A stretch of DNA of 64,000 nucleotides, taken from Deltaproteobacteria bacterium (lineage in GTDB: Bacteria; Desulfobacterota_D; UBA1144; Nemesobacterales; CSP1-2). This document shows positions 63,539 through 64,000 of the stretch, in pieces; within the stretch, counting starts at the first letter, position 1; each line of letters starts with the position of its first letter. The notes below the pieces were generated by a model. The model saw only the letters and a program-made list of their open reading frames with translations. It did no database searches and was not told the origin of the DNA. The position numbers and the translations under genes are program-made. The stretch spans positions 64,001 to 128,000 of the forward strand of contig JBQTHB010000002.1 of the NCBI GenBank assembly GCA_052390235.1, written 5' to 3'.

Positions 63539-64000
63539 CTACTTAATCGCGCTGCCGCCGTCAACGGCAACTACTGCCCCGGTGATGTAGTCCGATTCAA
63601 CTAAAAATCGAACGGCGCGGGCTACGTCTTCGGGGCTCCCAGCCCGCTTGAGCAGTGTGGAGTCAGCCGCCCTGCGACGCTCCTCCTCGGTTGAGTCTTG
63701 CGGCATAAGCACGGGCCCCGGCGCGACGGCGTTCACCTCAATGTCTGGGGCGAGCGCTTTGGCGAGGGTCTTGGTGAGCATTATCACGCCTGCCTTCGAT
63801 ACGGAGTAGGGGATAAAACTCCGCCATCCGTTGATGCCGCCGTCTGAGTCTGCGATGTTGATTATCTTGCCTCGCCGCTGTCTGAGCATAACAGAAGCGG
63901 CTTTTTGCGACGCGAGGAATACGGATTTCAGATTGACGTTCATAAATGCATCCCAATCCGCCTCGGAAATTTCAAGCAGAGGGGTTCGGTAGAAAATCGC
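63539..64000 (-). CDS. Short-chain dehydrogenase/reductase (pteridine reductase-like), 5' end outside window
   Basis: MNVNLKS, GKIINIAD, YSVSKA, VNAVAPGPV, YITGAVVAVDGG. Confidence 0.85.
   Translation of the reverse strand, partial: AIFYRTPLLEISEADWDAFMNVNLKSVFLASQKAASVMLRQRRGKIINIADSDGGINGWRSFIPYSVSKAGVIMLTKTLAKALAPDIEVNAVAPGPVLMPQDSTEEERRRAADSTLLKRAGSPEDVARAVRFLVESDYITGAVVAVDGGSAIK

Overview
A GC-rich bacterial chromosomal segment; the gene repertoire suggests a Desulfobacterota/Dadabacteria-like lineage (inference only). It is mostly housekeeping: larB/larC, a carbamoyltransferase and GDP-fucose surface-glycan cluster, argS, ispG, Fe-S carriers, hsp20-dnaJ, hldE, mtnP, ugd, clpB, hflX, leuA, trpS, queCE, FTR1, methylmalonyl-CoA mutase, sbcC, fbp, bpsA, carB and greA. 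The main accessory feature is a ~7 kb AT-richer islet with no integrase at the 3' end of tRNA-Ala(CGC). It encodes a 747-aa unknown protein overlapping a 1621-aa multi-zinc DEAH/DUF1998-type helicase, a candidate Druantia-related two-gene defence system. Other signals: (1) hflX appears to start at a non-canonical ATA codon 124 codons upstream of the ORF-track start; (2) a family of nested TGTCATT...AATGACA palindromic repeats, including a ~130-bp element found twice 63 kb apart in opposite orientation; (3) sigma70-like promoters abutting SD-less start codons, suggesting (near-)leaderless mRNAs; (4) a branched-chain polyamine synthase normally seen in thermophiles. All calls come from motif recognition; no database searches were run.
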